This document shows, piece by piece, positions 8,391 to 17,433 of a stretch of 64,000 bases of DNA (its first letter is position 1; every line of letters begins with the position of its first letter). The stretch comes from Myxococcota bacterium. Its GTDB lineage: Bacteria; Myxococcota_A; UBA796; CAJQPC01. The notes below the pieces were generated by a model. That model searched no databases. It was not told the DNA's origin and saw nothing but the letters and a program-made list of their open reading frames with translations. Location: the NCBI GenBank assembly GCA_036229005.1, contig JAZAMN010000024.1, positions 96,001 to 160,000 of the forward strand, written 5' to 3'. The translations under genes and the position numbers were made by a program.

Positions 8391-9581
8391 ATGAAGCCGG
8401 GCATCTCAGTCCAGCACAGCGCGCTGCCGACCCGCCGCTATGGCGTGGTGCGTGCGGACATTGCCGGGATCGTGGGCTTCATCACCAAGGAGCGCTGGCC
8501 CGTCGATGCGGCCGCCGGTGACTTCCTGGAGCTCAAGCTCCAGCGCTTCCGCGAGCTTGAGGATCACCCGCTGAGAGGTCTCTTCGGCCCGGTCACGACC
8601 GAGTCCGTCCGGAGCTTCTTCAACAACGGCGGAGACGTCTGCTTTCTCTTCGGCGTCTGCCTGGAGGACGCCCGCGAACTCGGCTCGGCCGGCAGCATCA
8701 GCAGTGTGCTGGAGCCATTGATCGTCCGGCTCCGCGGCAACGAGGAGATCGCGCTGCTCGCTGTGCCCGAGGCCGCCTACTTGCCCTGGACCATGTCCCG
8801 GACGGGCACAGTGAGCGCCGCCTGCGAGCCGCTGTATCGTGCGCTTCTGGCGCACTGCCGCGAGATGACCTCGCGTTTCCTGATCATGGATACGCCGCTT
8901 GGACTCCACGACGGAGCCCTGGAGCGGTGGGTCCACGCGTTCAGGAGCCTGGATCAGGACAACCTGAGCTACGGCGCGATGTACTACCCCTGGCTGATGA
9001 ACGGAGAGCGCGCGTTGCCCCCTTCCGCCGCGATGCTGGGGGTGTTCGCTCGGGTGGACCGCGAGCATCAGCCCTACGGGGTGATCTGGCCGCCGGCCAA
9101 CGTGCCCGTCCAGGATGTCACCCACCCGCAGGTCCCGTTGACCTGGGGTGAGGCGCAGCACCTGGCCTCCCAGAGCCTGAACCCCATCCTGACTCAGCCC
9201 GGTCGCGGGGTGTTGGTCTTCGGGGCGCGCACCCTGTCGCACGACCCGAACTGGGCTTTCATCAACTCTCGGCGGATCGCCTCGCTCATCTCGGAGCAGC
9301 TCCGGCGGGACAACGAGTGGGTGGTGTTCGAGACCAACCGCTCAGACATCTGGAAGATCCTCTCTCGCGACGTCCGCGCCCGCCTGGACGAGTTCTGGGA
9401 GCGCGGGATGCTCACTGGTGCCGCCGCTGGCCGGGACTACTGGGTCAAGTGCGACGAAGAGAACAACCCTCGGGAAGAGCGGGAGGCCGGTCGCATGAAC
9501 GTGCTCGTCCGCTTCCGTCCCGTGTCCACCACCGAACACATCACCATCGACCTGCGCTTGAGCCAGGCCGACGCCCGCTGA
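8391..9581 (+). CDS. contractile tail sheath protein 2 (shorter, divergent)
   Basis: PGISV, FFNNGG, YYPWL, PPSAAMLG, PPAN, VFGARTL, FINSRR, VFETN, CDEENNP. Confidence 0.9.
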   Translation: MKPGISVQHSALPTRRYGVVRADIAGIVGFITKERWPVDAAAGDFLELKLQRFRELEDHPLRGLFGPVTTESVRSFFNNGGDVCFLFGVCLEDARELGSAGSISSVLEPLIVRLRGNEEIALLAVPEAAYLPWTMSRTGTVSAACEPLYRALLAHCREMTSRFLIMDTPLGLHDGALERWVHAFRSLDQDNLSYGAMYYPWLMNGERALPPSAAMLGVFARVDREHQPYGVIWPPANVPVQDVTHPQVPLTWGEAQHLASQSLNPILTQPGRGVLVFGARTLSHDPNWAFINSRRIASLISEQLRRDNEWVVFETNRSDIWKILSRDVRARLDEFWERGMLTGAAAGRDYWVKCDEENNPREEREAGRMNVLVRFRPVSTTEHITIDLRLSQADAR

Positions 9582-9593
9582 TCGGAGTCCAAC

Positions 9594-10028
9594 ATGTCCC
9601 GTGAAATCGTCGACCCTGAAGGAAACTTCATCTTCGAGCTGGAGATCGACGGGATCAGCGTCGCCCAGTTCATGGAGTGCAACGGCATCAAGACCACCAC
9701 CACGGTCTTCGAGATCGAAGAGGGTGGGGTGAACCACCGGGTGCACAAGGTCCCCGGCCAGAGCCGCTGGGAGAACCTGGTGCTGCGCTACGGGGTGACC
9801 GCCGACACCACCCTGCTGTCCTGGCGCCAGGAGATCCTGGAGGACGGCTTCGCCAAGCGGCGGAACGGGGCGATCATCATGAAGAACCTCGCGATGGAGG
9901 AGGTCCGTCGCTACAGCTTCACGAACGCCTGGCCAGTGGCCTACGAGGGCCCCAACTTTGTCGCCAACGGCGCGGAGCTGGCCGTCGAGATGATCGAGCT
10001 CGCCCACCAGGGCATCACCGTAAGCTGA
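9594..10028 (+). CDS. tail tube protein 2 (Afp5-like)
   Basis: F.LEIDG, EEGGVN..VHKVPG, NLVLRYGV, NAWPV.YEGP, AVEMIELAH. Confidence 0.92.
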   Translation: MSREIVDPEGNFIFELEIDGISVAQFMECNGIKTTTTVFEIEEGGVNHRVHKVPGQSRWENLVLRYGVTADTTLLSWRQEILEDGFAKRRNGAIIMKNLAMEEVRRYSFTNAWPVAYEGPNFVANGAELAVEMIELAHQGITVS

Positions 10029-10035
10029 GGTCGCC

Positions 10036-13000
10036 ATGAGCACCCAAGAGTTCACAGCACAGCCGCGCCGCGTCCCTGGACAGGGGGTGCTTGAGCGCCT
10101 GGAGCAGCGCAAGCAGCGCCGGCCCCGTATCGGGATGTCGCCGGAGTTCTACGCCCGCTTTGGGATGGCGGATCCGTGGGCAGAGGGCCCTTTGGAGCTG
10201 CAGGACGACCCGGGCTCGCTCTTCACCTATGTCGACGCAACGCGCTACCGGCGGATGATGCGTCGGCTGGCCTTCTCCCGCTGGCGTCGTGAGCGCCGCG
10301 CAAAGCTCTTTCACAGCCGCCGGGTTGGACTGCCCACGGCCGCGCGCCGCGCATTCCCCGGTGAGTCTCGTCGATTCACCTTCGGGCTCCGTACCCTCGG
10401 CCTCTCCGAGATGGTGGTTCCCGAGGCTCCCGAGCCCGAGGTCATCGAGGTCCCCGTCCAGAGCCGGCCCCGCTGGGTGCGAAACGGCATGCGCTCCGTG
10501 GACAACCCCTGGACCCAGACCCGGGGTGGGCCCGCCCGCAGCGTCCAGACCCGGGAGCGTCAGGACGACGGTACGCGCAGTGTGACCACCGACCGGCCCG
10601 CTCGGGTCGCCAGGGCCCGATCCATGGATCGGGTTGGTGCTCGTCTGGAGCAGAGCCAGGCCAGCCGTGACCCCGTCCGCAAGGCCCTGGAGGCCGCTGG
10701 TCCACGTCTGGATCGCCGCACCCAGCGGAAGGTCCAGGCTACGCTCGCAGCAACTGCCCACCTGCCGCCCGCCGAGCGCGCGGTCCGCATCCGAGAGGTC
10801 CTGCGAACCGTCCGTGTCGTCAGGGAGGTCTTCGAGGAGCGTGTCGCTCGGACGGTGCCTTCCAACATGGCGCGCCCTGCCGAGATCGCCAGGGGGCGGG
10901 TTGCTGCTGAGCCTTCGCGTCGCCGTGGCCTGCGTCCGGTGATGGGGCGCTCCCCGTCCATGGATGTGCTCGCCCCGGTCGCCGAGCCCCAGGTCGAGGC
11001 GGCTCCCGCACCTCGCAAGAGCAACACGCAGACCGCTCTGGCGCGCGCGACCACTCGGCGGGTCAGCGCCTGGTCCAAGCCGCCCACGTCAGATGGGGCT
11101 CGGGTGAGTCGGAGCATCAGCCGCTCCCCGGTCGCTCGGAGTGGGGCGCCCCTCAAGCGCACTGCCTCAGGGGCCTTTGTGCCGGCGCGTCGGATGCGCA
11201 CCGTGGAGACCTCGACGGTGCTCAGCAGTGCCGTGAAGACCGCAGAGAGCGCAACCCAAGGGGCAAAGTCCGGCAGCACGCGCACCACCCCGACCTCTGC
11301 TTCCCAGACCCACCGTACCGCCTCCTCCGGGACGACGGTCAGCGGAACCCACAAGACCCAGGGGCAAGAGGCTGTTGGAGCGCGGAGCACCCGGACCTCC
11401 ACCGCTGAGACCCTGGGTGCACGGAGCACCTCGGGAGCCTCTCACGCCGGCGAGGCCACCCGCAGCGCGACCACCGCCAACCGCGAGGACACCGGGGCTC
11501 GCTCCGTCCAGACCGCGGCGGGGGACACGCAGCAGAGTCAGGCGCTTCGCACTCAGGGGCGGGAGTCCCAGGGGGCGCGCAGCTTCACCACGGCCGCAGC
11601 TCAGGCTCGGGGTGTGGAGTCGACCGCCGAGCTTGAGACCACCGGCCTTGGCCATGTCGGTGCCCGCAGCTTCCGGACTGCCGCGAGCGCGCACGCCGCG
11701 GCTCGGGCAGGTGTTCAGCCTCCCTCGCGCGGCGCGCTGCCGACTCCCGCTCGGGTCGCGGCTCGGAGCGCGAGTGGTTCTTTCATTCCCGCTCGTCGGG
11801 TCGCAGGCGCGAGGAGCGAGCAGGCCTCCCCGTCCGACAGTCATGGGGCTTGGGCGCTGCAGCGCCTGGAGCGCACCGGTACCGCGTCCACGGCACGTCG
11901 GGGGCGCTCGCTGCTGCCTCGGATGGCGCCTCGGGCTCCTGAGTCCACCTACGTGGTTCACGCCAACGCCGACCTGGATGTCCAGGCCATGGTCTCGGAG
12001 ATCAAGCGCAGCGTGCCGGGGGCGCAGGTGAGCGTTCGGGAGCCCAAGGCGGTCAAGGCCTGGGGACCTTCGCCGGTCGCAGCGGCTGCGGAGCGCGCGC
12101 AGAAGTCTCCGGTGTTGTCCCAGTCTGCGGGAATGGCGCTGCCCTCCAGCACCGAGCGCAGTCTGCGTCGCGCGGTGGAGAGCAGCGCTCGGGTCGTTCG
12201 CACCCGGAATCCTGTTCGCTACGTGCGGAAGGCCTCAGCGGAGCAGGTGACTCTCGCGGGGGTGGATCCAAACACCCTGACCTCGCTGCCGGCACAGGTG
12301 CGTAAGGCATTGGGAGGCACGGACCCGACCCAGGCGGTGAGGACCGCGCAGGGGGTGTGGATCCCTGCCTCCTCCTTCACCACGGAGAACGCAGGGAGTT
12401 GGTCTGGGGCGCGCGCGCTTCGGACTGCAGCGAGCCGGAGCGCTGGCGCCCGCAGCGGAACCACCCAGAGTGGGAGCGCCGTCGGGGCTGCCCGTCGCCG
12501 GACCCTTGGGAGCCAAGGGACTGGGGCGGCGCGCTTTCGGACGCCGCCGCTCTCGGGTGGGGGCGCGCAGGTGTTCCTGAGCCCGGAGCGTGAGGATGTG
12601 GAGGCTCAGGGCTTCCAGACGACGGCTCGAGAGGATCGGGCAGCGCGCGTCGGCGTCGGTCGGCCTGTGGCCTGGGCTGGTGCTCGCACGCAGCTCACCG
12701 AGACCGGGGCTTGGCAGGGAGCTGAGCGCTTCACGACCGGTCGGGGGGGCTTCGCGCCCGGCGAGCGGGTGCAGGGAGCCAATCGGCAGGCGCGCGGTGC
12801 GCGTCGCAACACGCTCTCTACGCTCGAGGCGCTCTCGGCGCAGGAGTATCAGGCAGGTGGTCCGAGCTGGGCGGAGCGGACCACGCGTCCCTCCCGAATC
12901 CGGACGCCTGGGGACCTGGTCGACCAGCTCGTGCAGGCCCAGGACGTCGAGCAGCTCGTGGGTATCATCGTCGAGCGAGGCGCTGAGATCCGGCCCAACA

Positions 13001-13488
13001 TGGGGCTCCCCAAGCCGGTGATTCAGGTGATCGAGCAGATCCGGAGCGTGGCCGCGGCCGAAGAGCAGGCTGCCCGCTCTGCTGGATCCGGTGGGCGTCA
13101 AGCGCGCGTGGGCGCCCGGGCGAGCACCCGGCGTCGGAACGCCAAGGTCATCCGTGGCTTTGCTTCGTTGAAGGGAGGGACGGCCAGCAGCACCGCCGGA
13201 GTCGGTCCGGACAAGGTGATGAAGCTGGCGTCCAAGCTGCGGAACCTCATTCACCTGGCGGAGGGGGGCCGGACTGCGGATGCCCAGCGTCAGGTCAAGC
13301 TCGCCCACGGGGACCGCCCCGATGGCCGGATGGAGAACGGCACCGACTCCGGGAACTCCGAAACGGCCGCCAAGCAATCTGTAGACATCGAGGCCCTGGC
13401 TCGGGAGGTCCTGGATGTCGTGAACCGTGAGAAGGAGCTCCGACAGGAGCGTCGACAGGAGGAAAGCGATGCTGACGTCTGGTGGTAA
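10036..13488 (+). CDS. 1150-aa Arg/Ala/Ser/Thr-rich low-complexity eCIS protein with C-terminal 'DIEALAREVL' helix
   Basis: GAGG RBS; fills the gap between tube 2 and the tube initiator; overlaps the next gene; C-terminal DIEALAREVLDVVNREKELRQERR resembles ends of eCIS accessory proteins at this position. Confidence 0.75.
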   Translation: MSTQEFTAQPRRVPGQGVLERLEQRKQRRPRIGMSPEFYARFGMADPWAEGPLELQDDPGSLFTYVDATRYRRMMRRLAFSRWRRERRAKLFHSRRVGLPTAARRAFPGESRRFTFGLRTLGLSEMVVPEAPEPEVIEVPVQSRPRWVRNGMRSVDNPWTQTRGGPARSVQTRERQDDGTRSVTTDRPARVARARSMDRVGARLEQSQASRDPVRKALEAAGPRLDRRTQRKVQATLAATAHLPPAERAVRIREVLRTVRVVREVFEERVARTVPSNMARPAEIARGRVAAEPSRRRGLRPVMGRSPSMDVLAPVAEPQVEAAPAPRKSNTQTALARATTRRVSAWSKPPTSDGARVSRSISRSPVARSGAPLKRTASGAFVPARRMRTVETSTVLSSAVKTAESATQGAKSGSTRTTPTSASQTHRTASSGTTVSGTHKTQGQEAVGARSTRTSTAETLGARSTSGASHAGEATRSATTANREDTGARSVQTAAGDTQQSQALRTQGRESQGARSFTTAAAQARGVESTAELETTGLGHVGARSFRTAASAHAAARAGVQPPSRGALPTPARVAARSASGSFIPARRVAGARSEQASPSDSHGAWALQRLERTGTASTARRGRSLLPRMAPRAPESTYVVHANADLDVQAMVSEIKRSVPGAQVSVREPKAVKAWGPSPVAAAAERAQKSPVLSQSAGMALPSSTERSLRRAVESSARVVRTRNPVRYVRKASAEQVTLAGVDPNTLTSLPAQVRKALGGTDPTQAVRTAQGVWIPASSFTTENAGSWSGARALRTAASRSAGARSGTTQSGSAVGAARRRTLGSQGTGAARFRTPPLSGGGAQVFLSPEREDVEAQGFQTTAREDRAARVGVGRPVAWAGARTQLTETGAWQGAERFTTGRGGFAPGERVQGANRQARGARRNTLSTLEALSAQEYQAGGPSWAERTTRPSRIRTPGDLVDQLVQAQDVEQLVGIIVERGAEIRPNMGLPKPVIQVIEQIRSVAAAEEQAARSAGSGGRQARVGARASTRRRNAKVIRGFASLKGGTASSTAGVGPDKVMKLASKLRNLIHLAEGGRTADAQRQVKLAHGDRPDGRMENGTDSGNSETAAKQSVDIEALAREVLDVVNREKELRQERRQEESDADVWW

Positions 13489-15901
13489 GGCGACGTTCAT
13501 CGACCTCGACCTTGGAAGGATCTTTACGGTCCAGTACAACCCCAAGGAATTCAAGGTCGACAAGGCGGTCTCCTGGAAGGAGCACGACGACCAGGGCCAG
13601 TCGCAGGCCCCCCTTGAGTTCCAGAAGGGGGCGCCCATCGTGGTCACGATGGAGCTCATCTTCGACACGACCCACGACGGTTCGGACGTCCGGAGCAAGG
13701 TGCAGGGCCTGATGGCCTTCACCAACGCGGACGTGCCGGTGCAGGGCGAAGGGTCGATGGACAAGAAGCGTCCGCCGCATCTGCAGTTCACTTGGGGCAA
13801 CTTCACGATCACCTGCGTGATCGAGTCCCTCAACGTCAGCTACCTGATGTTCTCCAGCGGCGGTAAGCCCATCCGGGCGCGCGTCTCGCTCAAGCTCAAG
13901 GAGTGGGAGCCCAAGGATGCCGCTGGTGGCAGCGGTGGCAGCGGGATCAGCGGCAGCAAGATCAAGCTGGTGAGCGCGGGGGCCGGGGCAACGGCCAGCT
14001 CGCTTGCCTCCCAGCACGGGACGACCGCGCGCCAGATCATGGATGACAACAACATCGATGACGGCATGGACATCCCGGCGGGCACGGAGCTCGTGATCAA
14101 CGATCCGAGCGGTGGGCCCGGCAACGTCAGCTCCAACCGCAACCAGACCTCGTCGGACTCTCCCTTCCAGGAGATCCAGGACGCCATCTCCGAGGTCCAG
14201 AAGGTGGTCAAGGAGGTCGAGAAGACCAAGAAGCAGATCGAGCAGATCTTCAACCCGACCGCGGGCAAGCCTCCTGGCAGCAAGGGAGGCTCCGGCCGTC
14301 CCGGCAGCGGTGGCGTCGCTGGCGCCCCTGGTTTCCCGGGTGCTGGTGGCGGAAAGCCGGGTAGCGCTCCCGGTGGCGCAGGCGGCTCCGGACCTGGCTA
14401 CGGTGGCGGCTACGGCGGCGGTGCAGGCGGTCCTGGCGGCGGCGGTGCAGGCGGTCCCGGTGGCGGCGGTGCAGGCGGTCCTGGCGGCGGCGGTGCAGGC
14501 GGTCCTGGCGGCGGCGGTGCTGGTGGCGGCGCAGGCGGTGCTGGTGGCGGCAAGCCCGGTGGCGGTGGCTCTTCCGGTGGTGCTGGTGGCGGCAAGCCCG
14601 GTGGCGCAGGAGGCTCCGGCGGTGGCGCTGGTGGCGGTAAGCCCGGCGGCGGTGGCTCCTCTGGTGGTGCTGGTGGGGGCAAGCCCGGCGGCGCTGGTGG
14701 TGCTGGCGGCGGCGCTGGTGGTTCCGGTGGCGGCGCAGGTGGTGCTGGCGGCGGCGCAGGTGGTTCCGGCGGCGGCGCTGGTGGTTCCGGCGGCGGCGCA
14801 GGTGGTGCTGGCGGCAGCGCAGGCGGTGCTGGCGGTGGCGCAGGTGGCTCCGGCGGTGGTGCCGGCGGCGCAGGTGGCTCTGGCGGTGGTGCTGGCGGCG
14901 CAGGTGGCTCCGGCGGTGGTGCTGGCGGCGCAGGCGGTTCCGGCGGTGGTGCTGGCGGCGCAGGTGGCTCCGGCGGCGCAGGCGGGTCCGGCGCGGGTGC
15001 TGGCGGCGCAGGCGGTGCCGGCGGTGCTGGCGGCGCAGGTGGCTCCGGCGGTTCCGGCGGCTCCGGCAGTGGCAAGCCCGGCGGCGGTAGCAGTTCGGGT
15101 GGGTCCAGCGGGTCCGGCGGCAAGCCTGGTGGCTCCGGCGGCGGTGCAGGCGGTGGTGCTGGCGGCGCAGGTGGCTCCGGCGGTTCCGGCAGTGGCAAGC
15201 CCGGAGGCGGTAGCAGTTCGGGTGGGTCCAGCGGGTCCGGCGGCAAGCCCGGTGGCTCCGGCGGCGGTGCAGGCGCAGGCGGCGCAGGTGGCTCCGGCGG
15301 TGCAGGCGCAGGCGGCGCAGGTGGCTCCGGCGGTGGTGCAGGCGCAGGCGGCGCAGGTGGCTCCGGCGGTGGTGCAGGCGCAGGTGGCTCCGGCAGTGGC
15401 GCCGGCGGATCCGGCTCCGGCAAGCCCAGCGGCGGCAGCTCCTCCTCTTCTGGAGGGGCCGGCGGCAAGCCGGGTGGTGCCGGTGGCTCGGGCGGCGGTG
15501 CGGGGGCTGGTGGCGCTGGCGGCTCCGGCTCTGGCAAGCCTGGCGGGGGCAGCTCGTCGGGTGGCAGCTCCTCGGGTGGCAAGCCCAGCGGTGCCGGCGG
15601 CTCCGGGAGCAGTGGTGGCTCGTCGAGCGGCAAGCCCAGCGGTGGGAGCTCGTCGGGCGGAGGTGGAGCCAAGCCCAGCAGCGCGGGTGGCGGCAGCTCT
15701 TCGGGCGGGAAGCCCAGGGGAGGCAGCAGCTCGGGTAGCGGCGGCAGCGGCCCCTCAGGCAGCAGCAGCGGCTCCAGTGGACCTTCGGGTCCTCGTGGTC
15801 CCCGTCAGGCGAACACCCAGGGTGGAGGCCGAAAGGTGGCCTCCGACGTCAAGTCGGCCAAGGCGAAGGCTGAGGCCAAGGCTTCGGAAGGAAAGGAGTA
15901 G
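13469..15901 (+). CDS. CIS tube initiator (Afp7-like)/LysM protein with a very long Gly-rich C-terminal extension
   Basis: AGGAGG RBS then ATG 13469; VQYNPKEF, LIFDTT, PPHLQFTWG, F.SGGKPIRARVSLKLKE; LysM-like 'ATASSLASQHG..ARQIMDDNNIDDGMDIPAGTELVI'; then ~500 aa of G/A/S/P/K. Confidence 0.85.
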   Translation: MLTSGGKATFIDLDLGRIFTVQYNPKEFKVDKAVSWKEHDDQGQSQAPLEFQKGAPIVVTMELIFDTTHDGSDVRSKVQGLMAFTNADVPVQGEGSMDKKRPPHLQFTWGNFTITCVIESLNVSYLMFSSGGKPIRARVSLKLKEWEPKDAAGGSGGSGISGSKIKLVSAGAGATASSLASQHGTTARQIMDDNNIDDGMDIPAGTELVINDPSGGPGNVSSNRNQTSSDSPFQEIQDAISEVQKVVKEVEKTKKQIEQIFNPTAGKPPGSKGGSGRPGSGGVAGAPGFPGAGGGKPGSAPGGAGGSGPGYGGGYGGGAGGPGGGGAGGPGGGGAGGPGGGGAGGPGGGGAGGGAGGAGGGKPGGGGSSGGAGGGKPGGAGGSGGGAGGGKPGGGGSSGGAGGGKPGGAGGAGGGAGGSGGGAGGAGGGAGGSGGGAGGSGGGAGGAGGSAGGAGGGAGGSGGGAGGAGGSGGGAGGAGGSGGGAGGAGGSGGGAGGAGGSGGAGGSGAGAGGAGGAGGAGGAGGSGGSGGSGSGKPGGGSSSGGSSGSGGKPGGSGGGAGGGAGGAGGSGGSGSGKPGGGSSSGGSSGSGGKPGGSGGGAGAGGAGGSGGAGAGGAGGSGGGAGAGGAGGSGGGAGAGGSGSGAGGSGSGKPSGGSSSSSGGAGGKPGGAGGSGGGAGAGGAGGSGSGKPGGGSSSGGSSSGGKPSGAGGSGSSGGSSSGKPSGGSSSGGGGAKPSSAGGGSSSGGKPRGGSSSGSGGSGPSGSSSGSSGPSGPRGPRQANTQGGGRKVASDVKSAKAKAEAKASEGKE
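14260..15800 (+). repeat. coding glycine-rich repeat region
   Basis: 24-nt unit (GAGGPGGG) x4 at 14420-14515; 30-nt GAGGAGGSGG units at ~14840-14975; near-identical ~87-nt blocks at ~15065-15151 and ~15188-15274; recurring GKPGG/GKPSG. Confidence 0.9.
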
Positions 15902-15904
15902 CGC

Positions 15905-16942
15905 ATGTCTTCGCAGCCTCGCTCCACCGCGGTCGGCTTTGAAGTGACCATCGGTGGCCAGACCTTCACCCAGGCCTCGGAAGAGGGTGGTGTGCAGATG
16001 CTGGTCGTCGAGGATCACGTCGATATGACCGACATGCTCACCCTCCGGATGGGCGGGACCCAGGGCCAACCGGACTGGAACTGGAAGATCGGCGACGAGG
16101 TCGAGTGCAAGCTCGGCAGCGGCGGCACCATCTTCAAGGGGCAGATCACCGCCATGGAGCCCGGGTACCAGGTCGAAGGGACCAGCACGGTCACCCTGCG
16201 GGCCATGGACCAGATGCACAAGCTGGGCCGTGGCCGGAAGACCCGCACCTTCGAGGACATGAAGGACTCCGACGTCGTCAGCCAGGTCGCCGGTGAGGCC
16301 GGCATCCCGACGGGCAACATCGAGGCCACTTCGGAGATCCACCCCTACATCCTGCAGCGCAACGAGTCCGACGTCGCCTTCCTCAAGCGGCTGGCGGCGC
16401 GGAACAACTACCTGCTGACCATGGAGGACGGGTCCATCGCCTTCAAGCGCGCCCAGTTCGGTGGCGGTGGGTACAAGCTCAAGATGGGGGACAACCTGCG
16501 CAGCATGCGGATGTCCTTCAACTCCATGGACCAGGTCCAGAAGGTGGTCGTGCGCGGGTGGGACCCCCACACCAAGCAGGCCATTGTCGGGGAGGCCACC
16601 ACGGCCGACGTCGAGCGCATCGGCGGAGGTGAGGTGGGCGCGGACACCGCGGGCCAGTTCGGAGAGTCCACTGCGTACATCACCGATGTGCCGGTGTTCT
16701 CCCAGGCCGCCGCCAACGAGATCGCAAAGGTCGAGATGAACCGGCTCGCCCGTCAGTTCGGCCGCGGCAGCGCCACGGTCCAAGGCAACGAGCAGATCCG
16801 CGCGGGCACGACCGTCGAGGTCGAGGGGCTCCAGAAGGGCAACAACGGCACCTTCTTCATCCTCTCCAGCCGGCACGTGATCTCCAACCGCTCCGGCTAC
16901 ACCACCGAGTTCAGCTTCTGCACCAACACGATGGGCACCTGA
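15905..16942 (+). CDS. phage late control D / gp27-like hub (N-terminal half of Afp8/VgrG)
   Basis: IFKGQITAMEP, RTFEDMKDSDVVSQVA, ILQRNESDVAFLKRLA.R, VVVRGWDP..KQAI; ends without a gp5 OB-fold or beta-helix. Confidence 0.88.
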   Translation: MSSQPRSTAVGFEVTIGGQTFTQASEEGGVQMLVVEDHVDMTDMLTLRMGGTQGQPDWNWKIGDEVECKLGSGGTIFKGQITAMEPGYQVEGTSTVTLRAMDQMHKLGRGRKTRTFEDMKDSDVVSQVAGEAGIPTGNIEATSEIHPYILQRNESDVAFLKRLAARNNYLLTMEDGSIAFKRAQFGGGGYKLKMGDNLRSMRMSFNSMDQVQKVVVRGWDPHTKQAIVGEATTADVERIGGGEVGADTAGQFGESTAYITDVPVFSQAAANEIAKVEMNRLARQFGRGSATVQGNEQIRAGTTVEVEGLQKGNNGTFFILSSRHVISNRSGYTTEFSFCTNTMGT

Positions 16943-16980
16943 GCTCGGGCCCCCGGGCCCCGTCCGAACGCCCCCAGAGG

Positions 16981-16986
16981 TAGACT
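16981..16986 (+). promoter_or_regulatory. candidate internal -10 element upstream of the baseplate genes
   Basis: TAGACT in the 95-nt intergenic gap; same TAGACTCCCG 10-mer as at 22998 and 45695. Confidence 0.4.
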
Positions 16987-17037
16987 CCCGGGGCACCGCG
17001 CGGAGGCACCCGCGCAGACCTGCACTGGAGCAGCCTA

Positions 17038-17427
17038 GTGTCTCAGCGAGACTTTCTCGGGAAGGGGTGGGCATTCCCCTTCGGATTCGACCGCGCGAGC
17101 GGTGGGGTCCGGACCTCCTCGGGCGAGGAGAACATCCGGCAGTGCATCACCGTGATCCTGTCCACCCGGCCGGGTGAGCGGCAGATGCTCCCGGAGTTCG
17201 GCTGTCGGCTGCACGAGGTCCTGTTCGCGCCGAACACCCAGGCGACCTCGGCGCTCATCGCGCACCATGTCAAGACCGCGCTCGTCCGCTGGGAGCCACG
17301 CATCGAGGTGCTGGACGTGCAGGCCCAGGCCCAGGCTGATGGGTCGGTCAACGTCGACGTGCACTACCTGATCAAGGCCACGAACACCCGCCAGGTCCAC
17401 ACCACGGCCCTGGCCAACACCCGCTGA
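17038..17427 (+). CDS. GPW/gp25 baseplate protein (Afp9-like)
   Basis: FLGKGWAFP, ILSTRPGER.M.PEFGC, RWEPRI. Confidence 0.92.
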   Translation: MSQRDFLGKGWAFPFGFDRASGGVRTSSGEENIRQCITVILSTRPGERQMLPEFGCRLHEVLFAPNTQATSALIAHHVKTALVRWEPRIEVLDVQAQAQADGSVNVDVHYLIKATNTRQVHTTALANTR

Positions 17428-17433
17428 GTCTCC

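Noticed and set aside
14410..15672. 420-aa Pro-rich ORF on the minus strand and 611-aa Ala/Val-rich ORF (14112..15947) on the plus strand
   Set aside because: These are shadow frames of the Gly-rich GGN repeats. The Gly frame is continuous with the recognisable initiator/LysM domain and has an RBS.
14260..15800. CRISPR array or non-coding tandem repeat
   Set aside because: The units are codon multiples with synonymous variation and no unique spacers; no cas genes are present.
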